Shown here in pieces: positions 55,430-64,000 of a stretch of 64,000 nucleotides of DNA (positions are counted from its first letter, which is position 1; the number at the start of each line of letters is the position of its first letter). The position numbers and the translations under genes are program-made. The stretch covers positions 1,824,001-1,888,000 of the forward strand of contig CAVQNG010000003.1 of assembly GCA_963713825.1 (NCBI GenBank), given 5' to 3'. Origin of the DNA: an uncultured Acidobacteriota bacterium. GTDB taxonomy: Bacteria; Acidobacteriota; Thermoanaerobaculia; Multivoradales; JAHEKO01. The notes under the pieces were generated by a model that had not been told where the DNA came from, searched no databases, and was given only the letters and a program-made list of their open reading frames with translations.

Positions 55430-55528
55430 GGACTGAAGTCTAAATGATCTGGCGGACTGAGGGCCGACGATCGCGGCTGCAATCACCCGGCCGATGCTTG
55501 CCACCACCCATGGACGTAGCCGCTGTGC

Positions 55529-58195
55529 CTACCTTCGCTGCTCGAGCTCGGCTGGCCAGTTGATCACCAGGTTCAGAAGATTGTCGCCCTGCTGAGCCTG
55601 ATTTGGAACCACGAGGATGCGCTCGGCATCGGAGGTCAGTGAAAACCAGGCTCCACCAGCAGTGCTCGGCGCGATCGAGAAGAGGGACTGACTCTGGCCG
55701 ATCTGGAAGGTCTCCCCAGTCGGGTCGACCTCGACCGACACCAGATTACCGGTGAGCTCTGCATAGACGAGCTCTCGACCATCTGCCCGCCAGAACGCGT
55801 AGCTCGCGGGGTTGGTCGAGACCTGCCAGCGGCGACCCGGTTCCGGGAAGGTCGATACGTAGACTTGCCAGTCTCCCGACTCATTGGAGGCGTAGGCAAT
55901 CCAGCGACCATCGGGCGAGATCATGCCAACGCCCTCGGAGAACTCGGTCTGTCGAAATACAACCGGCTCGCCACCTTCTTCCAGCGGTAGCACGAACAGG
56001 TCCAGTTGGGTCTCTGGATTCGTAACGGAGTAGGCGAGATAGCGTCCATCGGGAGAGAGGCTCGAAGGAAATTTGTCGCGCTCCGAGGAATAGACGAGCT
56101 CGACTTCTCCAACGCCGCCGACCGCCTTGCGGTAGATGTCGCCAGTCCCTTCGCGATCGGAGTAGAAATACAAGTACTGGCTATCGCTCGACCAAGCCGG
56201 CCAGAATTCGACGCCAGGATCGAAGGTGAATCGGGTTCTCAGATCGCGCTCGATGTCCTGCATCCAGATGTCGTAGGCACCGCTTTCTTCGGCCTGGACG
56301 ACAGCAGCCATGGTGTCGTCGGGTGAGATCATGGCCGTGCGGACGACGGCCGGCTCGCCGAGGCTCCCCCCGACCTGGCCGTTGCGGTCTCTCCATTCGA
56401 TCGTGGTGCCGGAGACTGCCGAGCCGGTCTGATAGAGCAGATTACCGTTCTCCGAGGAGGAGAACACCGCCAGGGATGCTGCCGAGATGCGAAGCACGTC
56501 TTCGGCCAGGGGAATCGCTTCGTCGGTGAACTCGAGCTTGTCGGGATCGAAGGGTCGAGCCATCAAAGTCGAGTCGCGCGCGAAGAGCAGGTGGCCGGAT
56601 GCGAACTCTGCCTGGATTGGTGACTCCACGACTGGACGCGGCTCTTCACCGTCGAGAGAGCCCGCCATGACAGAGCTCGGTTTGGCACCGTCTCCCCGGG
56701 CCATGAACAGGAATCGGCTTCCATTCGGGAGGAATCGGGGGTGGCGGTGGGAATTGTGGAGCTCTTCATCGATCTCGGTGACCGCCACCGACTCACCCCC
56801 AGCAGCCGAGACACGATAGATCGGCGACCCGGAGTCCGGCGTGAAGAGGATGACGCCCTCCCGATTCCAGGTTCCGCCCTTGCCATCGGCAGCCTCGCAG
56901 AGGGTCATAGGTGGTCCACCGGCCGAGTCGACCTTCTTGAGAGTGCCGTCCACCTGAGTGAAGAATCCGACCCAGCGAGAGTCCGGTGACCAGAACGGGT
57001 ACTGGGCCCCTTCCGTCCCCGACAGGAGATGCGCCTGTGAGGCATCCATCGACCGCACATAGAGCCGCACCAGGCCGTCGCTGTCCGTGGCCGAGAAAGC
57101 GATCTTCGAACCGTCGGGTGAAAAGACAGCGGGTCCCGCGGTGAGTCCGTTCAAATGGAACCCGGCATCCTCCGGCGGCGGAATCGTCGCCTTGAGAATC
57201 GGTGCAGTAGGCTCGGGCCACATCGCCAGGGCCGCGACGGCGACGGCTCCAATCACGGCTAACGCCCAGGGCAGAGCCGTCCTCCATCGCGGCTGCTTTT
57301 GAGTCGCGGCCACGGTTGCTGGCGTTTCGACATCGAAGGAGCCTGGATCGGCCATGAACTCCTGGATGACCACACGGGCATCGCCGATGGCTTGTAGGCG
57401 CTGCTTGGGGTCCTTGCGCATGCAGCGCTTGAGGAGCTCTGTAATCGGTCGGGGTAGATCGTCGGGCAGCTGATCCCAGTCGGGATCTTTTTGCAGCACG
57501 GCTGCGAGTACATGCGATACCGTTTCGCCGCCAAACTGCTGCTGGCCGGAGATCATCTCGGCTAGCACTACGCCGAACGACCAGACATCCGCGCGGCGGT
57601 CCGCCATCTGCGCTGATGCCTGCTCCGGGCTCATATAACCGGCAGTACCCATGATGAGCCCCGCCTGGGTGGCTGCGGCTGTCAGCGTGGGGGAGTTCGC
57701 GAGGTCACCCTGCTCGTGTTCCTCTTCCAGTGCCTTGGCCAGGCCGAAGTCCAGGACCTTGACCTGTCCGTCGCTGGTGACCTTCACGTTCGCCGGCTTC
57801 AAGTCTCGATGGATGATCCCCTTCTCGTGCGCCGCCTCCACCGCCTCGGCAATCTGCAACGCGATCGGCAGGGCCTGGTCCAAGGGAACGGGCCCCTTCG
57901 CGATGCGCTCCTGCAGAGTTTCGCCCTCGGCCAATTGCATGATCAGCAGCTGGCGGCCGTCGACTTCCTCCAGACCGTAGATCGCCGCGATGCTCGGGTG
58001 GTCGAGCGCGGCCAGCACTTTCGCCTCACGCTCGAAGCGGGCCAGGCGCTCGGGATCGCCAGCGACTGCCTCGGGCAACACCTTGATCGCCACGTCGCGG
58101 CCGAGCTTGGTGTCCTCGGCACGATAGACCTCACCCATGCCGCCCTCGCCGAGCTTGGCGGTGATATTGAAACTAGACAGAGTCGTCCCGATCAT
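55529..58195 (-). CDS. Ser/Thr protein kinase with TM helix and TolB/PD40 beta-propellers
   Basis: [27 protein letters not shown]; repeated FSPDG/WSPDS/SPDGR. Confidence 0.93.
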   Translation of the reverse strand: MIGTTLSSFNITAKLGEGGMGEVYRAEDTKLGRDVAIKVLPEAVAGDPERLARFEREAKVLAALDHPSIAAIYGLEEVDGRQLLIMQLAEGETLQERIAKGPVPLDQALPIALQIAEAVEAAHEKGIIHRDLKPANVKVTSDGQVKVLDFGLAKALEEEHEQGDLANSPTLTAAATQAGLIMGTAGYMSPEQASAQMADRRADVWSFGVVLAEMISGQQQFGGETVSHVLAAVLQKDPDWDQLPDDLPRPITELLKRCMRKDPKQRLQAIGDARVVIQEFMADPGSFDVETPATVAATQKQPRWRTALPWALAVIGAVAVAALAMWPEPTAPILKATIPPPEDAGFHLNGLTAGPAVFSPDGSKIAFSATDSDGLVRLYVRSMDASQAHLLSGTEGAQYPFWSPDSRWVGFFTQVDGTLKKVDSAGGPPMTLCEAADGKGGTWNREGVILFTPDSGSPIYRVSAAGGESVAVTEIDEELHNSHRHPRFLPNGSRFLFMARGDGAKPSSVMAGSLDGEEPRPVVESPIQAEFASGHLLFARDSTLMARPFDPDKLEFTDEAIPLAEDVLRISAASLAVFSSSENGNLLYQTGSAVSGTTIEWRDRNGQVGGSLGEPAVVRTAMISPDDTMAAVVQAEESGAYDIWMQDIERDLRTRFTFDPGVEFWPAWSSDSQYLYFYSDREGTGDIYRKAVGGVGEVELVYSSERDKFPSSLSPDGRYLAYSVTNPETQLDLFVLPLEEGGEPVVFRQTEFSEGVGMISPDGRWIAYASNESGDWQVYVSTFPEPGRRWQVSTNPASYAFWRADGRELVYAELTGNLVSVEVDPTGETFQIGQSQSLFSIAPSTAGGAWFSLTSDAERILVVPNQAQQGDNLLNLVINWPAELEQRR

Positions 58196-58264
58196 CAGAC
58201 CTCCTGAAGTACCCTCGCGCTACCTGCACGGAGATGTGCGGGGATTCTACACTGTGCTTCTATT

Positions 58265-58292
58265 GGGTCGGGGGGGGCTTGCCCCCGCCCGA
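58265..58292 (+). repeat. Degenerate REP-like palindrome
   Basis: gggtcggggggggcttgcccccgcccga shares the ggggcttgccccc core. Confidence 0.55.
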
Positions 58293-58304
58293 TCGTCATC
58301 AACG

Positions 58305-58338
58305 AAAAAGGAAACGAGTGGCCCTCTCGGGCCACTCG
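58305..58338 (-). terminator. Intrinsic terminator downstream of the DUF4440 gene
   Basis: Perfect 10-bp stem cgagtggccc/gggccactcg with 4-nt loop, followed on the minus strand by tttccttttt. Confidence 0.7.
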
Positions 58339-58404
58339 GGGAAGACCGTTTGTGATGCCCGGTCTCCTACTACTTGTCGTGGGTGGTGTAGACAGCGGGA
58401 AGGA

Positions 58405-58860
58405 TCAGTTGACCGGGGCGAAGTTGGCGTGCACCAGCTTCCAGGCGCCGTCGATCTTGGCGTAGACGCGAGTCGACTTGGCCAGGTTGGGCTCGACCTC
58501 GCCGTCTACGGTCATGCCCGAGCCGATGAAGTTGTAGGTCAGGATCGCCACGTCGCCGTACACCTGGACCTTGGCATTCACCATGTCCGACACCAGAGTT
58601 TTCGCTTCTCCCATATTGGCGGCTCTGCTGAGAGTGGCGTTGAGCTCCTTGCCGTCGAGCCGGGTCGGATAGCCTGCGTTGAACTCGGTGTAGTCGTCGG
58701 CGAGAAAGGAAATCTGTTTGGCGGTGTCCTTCGCGATGCCTGCGGCCCACTGGGCCTTGGCGAGGGCGATGACCTCATCCGCGACCTCACTGTGGCTGTC
58801 CGCATAGACGGGAAGACCGATCATCAGGGATAGAACGAGTACGAAAATTACATTGCGCAT
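58405..58860 (-). CDS. Secreted DUF4440/NTF2-like protein
   Basis: AGGAG RBS; signal peptide; KVQVYGDVAILTY, STRVYAKIDGAWKLVHANF. Confidence 0.82.
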   Translation of the reverse strand: MRNVIFVLVLSLMIGLPVYADSHSEVADEVIALAKAQWAAGIAKDTAKQISFLADDYTEFNAGYPTRLDGKELNATLSRAANMGEAKTLVSDMVNAKVQVYGDVAILTYNFIGSGMTVDGEVEPNLAKSTRVYAKIDGAWKLVHANFAPVN

Positions 58861-59038
58861 ACTGCATCTCCTAGGGTTGTGGCGAGCATACAACTCTCGA
58901 TGGCACCCGAAACGGTGTCTACATCGGCGATGCTGCCGGAATGTCAGTTGGCTGACAGTGCGCGGACAGTATCACCCTGGGCAATGGAAAGATACTCGGA
59001 TACTGCTAGCTCATCCTGCGGGTTAGAATCACCCCGAC

Positions 59039-62000
59039 TTGATCGGCAAGACGCTTTCCCACTACCGAATCACCGCCAAGCTGGGCGAGGGCGGCATGGG
59101 TGAGGTCTATCGAGCTACCGACAGCAAGCTCGGTCGCGAGGTGGCGATCAAGGTTCTGCCCGAATCGGTGGTCGGCGAGCTGGCTTCCGACTCGGATCGG
59201 CTCGCACGCTTCGAGCTCGAGGCGCGCACGGTGGCCGGGCTCAACCACCCGAACATCGTGGTTCTGCACTCCATCGAAGAAGAGGAGGGGATCCGGTTCC
59301 TCACCATGGAACTGGTCGAGGGCGAGAGCCTCGACTGCCAAGTGGAGCCCGACGGGCTGCCGATCGCCCGGGTGATGGAGTTGGGCATCGCGATCGCCGA
59401 CGCCTTGGCGGCGGCTCACGAGAAGGGTGTGGTGCACCGGGACCTCAAGCCCGCCAACGTCATGCTGACTCGCGAGGGGCGTGTCAAGGTGCTCGACTTC
59501 GGGCTCGCGAAGCTCGAGGCACCCGACGCCGGTCTCGATGTGACCCAGGCGGCGACCCTCGCCTCACCGCTCTCGGCCGCGGGTCAGGTCGTGGGCACGG
59601 TGCCCTACATGGCGCCGGAGCAGGTGCGCGGTGAGGCCGTCGACAGCCGGACGGACGTGTTCGCCCTAGGCATCCTGCTCTACGAGCTGGCCACGGGGCG
59701 GCGGCCGTTCGAAGGGTCTACGTTGGGTGTGATCAGCACCGCGATCCTGCGCGATGCGCCGGCGACACTGTCTGCGGTGCGAGCCGACGTGCCCGCCGAC
59801 CTCGACCGCATCGTCGCGCGCTGCCTCGAGAAAAAGCCGAGCGCTCGCTTCCAGACGGCCCTCGAGCTGGGCGAAGCGCTGCGGCATATGCGGCAAGCTC
59901 GGGAGGGCGGTGCGGCCGTGAAGGCGCCGCCGACTCCCGTCACGCCCCTGCTCGGCCGCGAGGAGTCTCTCGAGGCCGCCGCCGACCTTCTGCGTGGTGG
60001 TGCGCGTGTGCTCACCGTCACCGGCTATGGCGGAACCGGCAAGACGCGATTCTCGATCGAGCTCTTTCGTCGCCTGTTGCCCGAGTACCCTGGCGGAGCG
60101 GTCTTCGTCTCGCTCGCCTCCGTCACCGCGGCGGTGGAGGTACTGCCGACCGTCGCCGTCGCCCTCGACATCGCCGAGGCGCAGGGCCGCACGGCACTGG
60201 AGGCGCTCTGCACGGTCATCGGAGACCACCGCGTGCTGCTTCTGCTCGACAATCTCGAACAGGTGCTCGATGCCGCCGCCGACATCGCTGCGCTCGTCGC
60301 CCGCTGCCCCGCACTGCAAGTCATCGCCACGAGCCGAGCGCCGCTCAAGATCGGCGCGGAATCGGAGTTTGCTCTGCCGCCGCTCGCTTTGCCCGCCGCG
60401 GACGCGACGTCGCTGGACGAGCTGGCTCGAACCCCCTCGGTCGCGCTGCTGCTCCAGCGCGCCGAGAAGGTGAAGCCCGGCTTCGCGCTTACCACCTCGA
60501 ACGCGGCCCCAATCGTCGCGATCTGTCGCCGTCTCGATGGTCTGCCGCTGGCGCTCGAGCTCGCCGCGGCGCGCCTGCGCATCCTCGAGCCCAACGCGCT
60601 GCTGCAACGACTCGACCATGCCCTCGACCTGCTGACTTCCGGCGATCGCGACCTGCCGCTGCGCCAGCGTACGCTTCGCGCGACGATCAGCTGGAGCTAC
60701 TCGCTCCTCGATGCCCAGGAGCAGCGACTGCTGCGCCACACCTCCGTCTTCCACGAGGGCTGGACACTCGAGGCGATGGAGCAGGTGTGCTACGGCGAGG
60801 AAGATCGCCATCGCGCCCTCGACGAGCTGGACTCGCTCGTAGAGAAGGGTCTCGTGCGCGTGGTGGATTCGGGCGGACGGTATGCCCTGCTCGAGACGAT
60901 CCGTGCCTTTGCCACCGAGCAACTGCATGCCGGTGGCGAGCTGGAGGCCGCCCGGGATGCGCATGCCGACTACTACCTGGGCTTTGCCGCGCAGGTTGCA
61001 GCGGAGATGCGTGGGACGGGGCAATGCGAGGCCATGATGCGCGCTCGAGGCGACCATGCCAACACGCTGGCAGCCATTCACTGGCTCACCGCTCTAGCTC
61101 GCCAGGGGGACGCGGCGGCGCTCGAGCGAGGGCTGCAGCTCTGCGGTCACCTGAACTGGCCTTGGCATATCGCTGGTCAACACTTCACGGCACGCGTCCT
61201 GCTCGACGAGCTGCTCGCTCTCGCTGCTGATTCTCCCCCCAGCCGTGGACGCGCCCTCGCACAGCTGGCGGCCGGGATGGTTTCCACGGTCACGGGTGAG
61301 TGGGAGCGTTCGCTCGGCGAATGGAGGGGCGGCTACGAGGACGGCCTGGCGATCGGCGATGAGGAGATCGCCGCCGAGGGAAGCATGGGAGTCGGGTACT
61401 GCCACCTGGGCGGTGGGCGCATGGAGGAAGCGCGCCCGGCGATCGAAGAGGCCATCACCCGCAGCGCCGGTGGCGTGAGCGACTTCATGCATGCGCTCTC
61501 GATGACCCTCGAGGGCATGCTCGCGTTCGCGACCGGCGACACCGATGCCGGCATAGCCCTCGTCGAGCGAGCGCGGCGGATCCAGGAGCGCCTCGACGAT
61601 TGCGAGGGTGGTGGTGTGGCGCTCAGCTTCCTGGCACAGATGACCTCCGCCAAGGGCGACCAGGAGCGCGCGCTGACGCTGTATCGCGACGCGCTCGACT
61701 TGTTCGAGAGGGTCGGCGACCACCCCGAGATCGCGCGTGTGCACTGTGAGATGGGCTGGACCGCACTCGCTGCCGAGGATGCGGGCGGCGCGAAGGACTC
61801 GTTCCGCCGCGCCGTGCATGCCTACGAGGTGGTCGGCAGTCCGCGGGGTACCGGCCTGGCGCTGTTGGGGCTGGCGGCAGTCGAGGCAGCTGAAGGCCGC
61901 TCGGAGCGCGCCGTGACGATCGCGGCGGCAGCGCACACGTTGTCGAAGAGCGACGGGCTCGTGGTCGACCATCCGATGGCTCCGGACGTCGTTGGCCGGA

Positions 62001-62104
62001 TCGAGGCGCTCAAGGCGTCGATCCCGAAGGGCGAGCTGGACGGGCTCATCGCGAATGCAAGTGCGCTCTCGCCGGCGGAAGTCCTCACCATGATCGCCGA
62101 GTAA
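59039..62104 (+). CDS. Ser/Thr kinase fused to STAND (NB-ARC-like) ATPase and TPR domain
   Basis: Kinase motifs; [60 protein letters not shown]; TTG start; no TM. Confidence 0.92.
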   Translation: MIGKTLSHYRITAKLGEGGMGEVYRATDSKLGREVAIKVLPESVVGELASDSDRLARFELEARTVAGLNHPNIVVLHSIEEEEGIRFLTMELVEGESLDCQVEPDGLPIARVMELGIAIADALAAAHEKGVVHRDLKPANVMLTREGRVKVLDFGLAKLEAPDAGLDVTQAATLASPLSAAGQVVGTVPYMAPEQVRGEAVDSRTDVFALGILLYELATGRRPFEGSTLGVISTAILRDAPATLSAVRADVPADLDRIVARCLEKKPSARFQTALELGEALRHMRQAREGGAAVKAPPTPVTPLLGREESLEAAADLLRGGARVLTVTGYGGTGKTRFSIELFRRLLPEYPGGAVFVSLASVTAAVEVLPTVAVALDIAEAQGRTALEALCTVIGDHRVLLLLDNLEQVLDAAADIAALVARCPALQVIATSRAPLKIGAESEFALPPLALPAADATSLDELARTPSVALLLQRAEKVKPGFALTTSNAAPIVAICRRLDGLPLALELAAARLRILEPNALLQRLDHALDLLTSGDRDLPLRQRTLRATISWSYSLLDAQEQRLLRHTSVFHEGWTLEAMEQVCYGEEDRHRALDELDSLVEKGLVRVVDSGGRYALLETIRAFATEQLHAGGELEAARDAHADYYLGFAAQVAAEMRGTGQCEAMMRARGDHANTLAAIHWLTALARQGDAAALERGLQLCGHLNWPWHIAGQHFTARVLLDELLALAADSPPSRGRALAQLAAGMVSTVTGEWERSLGEWRGGYEDGLAIGDEEIAAEGSMGVGYCHLGGGRMEEARPAIEEAITRSAGGVSDFMHALSMTLEGMLAFATGDTDAGIALVERARRIQERLDDCEGGGVALSFLAQMTSAKGDQERALTLYRDALDLFERVGDHPEIARVHCEMGWTALAAEDAGGAKDSFRRAVHAYEVVGSPRGTGLALLGLAAVEAAEGRSERAVTIAAAAHTLSKSDGLVVDHPMAPDVVGRIEALKASIPKGELDGLIANASALSPAEVLTMIAE

Positions 62105-62112
62105 GGCAGAGG

Positions 62113-62907
62113 TCACGGGGCGCTGGTCCGCACCCGGATCCTGCCTCGGACGGGCCGATGGTCGGAAAGGTCGCGTTCCGCCAGCACCTCGCCTCCGAGG
62201 GGCATGAGCTCGAGGCCCCGACCGGTGCGCACCAGAATGTGATCGATGTCGACGCTCGGCGTTCGGGCATTCCAGCTCGGCCCCGGTGCCTCGACCGGCT
62301 CGAAACCGGCGGCGAAGAACGCTTGCATGGTGCGGCTTTCAGGAGTGTCGTTGAAGTCGCCGGCCACGATCATCGGCAGATCGAGAGTCTCGAGCTCGGC
62401 CAGCAGGGCGCGGGCCTGCGCGTAGCGGAAGGTGTCGTCCTTCGTCCAGTTCAGGTGGAGGTTGACCGCGAGCAGCGGCCGCCCGAGTACCTCGACCTCG
62501 CTGAGTAGGGCCACTCTCGGTTCGTCGCCCTCGGGTAGCCTGACCGACTGCGTCTCTCTAACCGGCAACGAGCTGAGCGTCCCCAGGCCGTAGCGGCCGC
62601 CCTGGTAGGGCATGAACGATCCAAAGGCGGCATCCATCGCTGTGATCCGTCCCAGCAGGGAGATCTGATCGACACCCCCAGAGCGCTCGCAGCCCTCATC
62701 GACTTCCTGCAGGAAGACCAGATCCGCACCCTGCTCGGCAAGGTAGGCGCCCTTGTCTTCCAGATTGAGCTGGCCCTTGTCGTTGGCGCCGTGGAGGATG
62801 TTCCAGGTGAGGACGGTCAGGTCCACGCTCGCGGGCTGACGCGCCCGACCCGTTGTGCAGGCGGTGAGCAGCAGAAGTAGGGGAGCGAAGCGGGCGATGT
62901 CTTTCAT
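62113..62907 (-). CDS. Endonuclease/exonuclease/phosphatase-family lipoprotein
   Basis: Lipobox LTAC; LTWNI, DLVFLQEVD, NLHL, VAGDFN, IDHI, SDHRPV. Confidence 0.88.
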   Translation of the reverse strand: MKDIARFAPLLLLLTACTTGRARQPASVDLTVLTWNILHGANDKGQLNLEDKGAYLAEQGADLVFLQEVDEGCERSGGVDQISLLGRITAMDAAFGSFMPYQGGRYGLGTLSSLPVRETQSVRLPEGDEPRVALLSEVEVLGRPLLAVNLHLNWTKDDTFRYAQARALLAELETLDLPMIVAGDFNDTPESRTMQAFFAAGFEPVEAPGPSWNARTPSVDIDHILVRTGRGLELMPLGGEVLAERDLSDHRPVRGRIRVRTSAP

Positions 62908-62989
62908 GGGCGGGTCCCGGGCGGTGACGACGAGAGGATATCCGACCGACAAGGGTCCAGCCCGTCCTCTCAGGTTAGAATTACGCCAC

Positions 62990-63094
62990 TGGATCCGTAC
63001 CACCCTCTCCCACTTCAGTGGCACCGCCAGACTCGGCGAAGGCGGCACGGGGGAGGACTATCGTGCCGAAAACATCGAGCTTGGCTTCCAATGA
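62990..63094 (+). pseudogene. Decayed 5' remnant of a Ser/Thr kinase gene
   Basis: Translates WIRTTLSHFSGTARLGEGGTGEDYRAENIELG*, collinear with MIGTTLS....[21 protein letters not shown]; preceded by the same ggttagaat as the kinase at 59039. Confidence 0.75.
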
Positions 63095-63128
63095 GGCGTA
63101 GCTTCCAAGCTTGCGAGAAAGGTTCGCC

Positions 63129-63956
63129 ATGAAGAGAAGAAGACCGAACGCCTGGCAGGTTTTGCAGCGCTACCTAGTGGTTCTCGGAGGCTGTGTGCTG
63201 TGGATGCTCCCCTGCAGCGCTCAGGAACCCGAGGCCGTAGCTGGCCGATATGTAGATCTGACGTACAGCTTCGACGAAAGCACCGTCTTCTGGCCGACCG
63301 CCGAGGGCTTCGAGCTCGAGGTCTTGAGCGCCGAAACTACCGAGGCCGGCTTCTACTATGCCGCCAACCAGTTCTCGCTGGCCGAGCATGGTGGTACTCA
63401 TCTCGATGCGCCGGTCCACTTCTCGGAAGGCAAGCAAGCGGCCGATGAGATCCCGCTGGAGCGCCTGATCGGCCCCGCCATCATCGTCGATGTCACCGAG
63501 CATTGCTCCCGTGACCGCGATTACCAGGTGACCGCGGACGACTTCATGGCTGCGGAGAAGGCGGCCGGCCTCGCTCTCGACGACAAGATCGTCCTCATCC
63601 GGACGGGCTTCGGCCGCTACTGGCCGGACCGTGAAAAGTACATGGGTACCGCAGAGCGAGGGCCGCAGGCGGTGGCCAAGCTGCACTTCCCGGGCATCGA
63701 TCCCGCGGCGGCACGATGGCTCGTTGCCGAGCGCAATGTCAAAGCCATCGGCATCGACACCCCCAGCCTGGACTTCGGGCAGTCCACACTCTTCCAGACC
63801 CACGTCACCCTGTTCGCCGACAACATCCCGGGCTTCGAAAACGTCGCCAACCTCGATCAGCTACCCCTCTCCGGTTTCACGGTCATCGCACTGCCCATGA
63901 AGATCAAGGGCGGCAGCGGCGGTCCCTTGCGGATCGTCGCCGTGCTTGGCGACTGA
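63129..63956 (+). CDS. Exported cyclase-family metal hydrolase
   Basis: Signal-like N-terminus; EHGGTHLDAPVHF, LHFPG, IGIDTPSLD, GFENVANL, GGSGGPLRI. Confidence 0.88.
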   Translation: MKRRRPNAWQVLQRYLVVLGGCVLWMLPCSAQEPEAVAGRYVDLTYSFDESTVFWPTAEGFELEVLSAETTEAGFYYAANQFSLAEHGGTHLDAPVHFSEGKQAADEIPLERLIGPAIIVDVTEHCSRDRDYQVTADDFMAAEKAAGLALDDKIVLIRTGFGRYWPDREKYMGTAERGPQAVAKLHFPGIDPAAARWLVAERNVKAIGIDTPSLDFGQSTLFQTHVTLFADNIPGFENVANLDQLPLSGFTVIALPMKIKGGSGGPLRIVAVLGD

Positions 63957-64000
63957 GGAGAACGGTTGAAGCGGCTGGTGCCTCTGCCGGCCGGGGATGT

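Noticed and set aside
18836-58292. REP copies as a possible CRISPR array or integron attC sites
   Set aside because: They are dispersed and irregularly spaced, with no unique spacers of constant length, no consistent RYYYAAC/GTTRRRY ends and no integrase.

Overview
GC-rich bacterial window with about 57 genes and no rRNA, tRNA, CRISPR array, integrase or transposase that I can see. The duplicated orphan ABC permease, PadR and four Ser/Thr kinases (TolB/TPR/STAND fusions) suggest Acidobacteriota, probably Thermoanaerobaculia-like; this is inference. Best leads: (1) seven secreted proteins from six unrelated families all end in the same ~20-aa tail, hF.D(G/D)FE(S/A)GD...W, a candidate undescribed sorting or anchoring signal; one of these genes sits behind a c-di-GMP-I riboswitch. 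(2) A His-rich leader ORF ending in an RGPP arrest-like motif precedes a TonB-dependent receptor. (3) A tight ycaQ - sprT-like - DUF2779 nuclease cluster may be a DNA crosslink repair operon. (4) A secreted metallophosphatase is fused to a Fam20/PI4K-like kinase domain. (5) A sigma54-driven secreted repeat protein lies between two toxin-antitoxin pairs. (6) A Cys-free REC-thioredoxin reductase is coupled to a double-PAS histidine kinase. Also seen: GTAG-type REP palindromes, a MITE with 20-bp inverted repeats, a kinase remnant and an Mla/Pqi-like operon. All family calls come from motifs read by eye; no database search was run.
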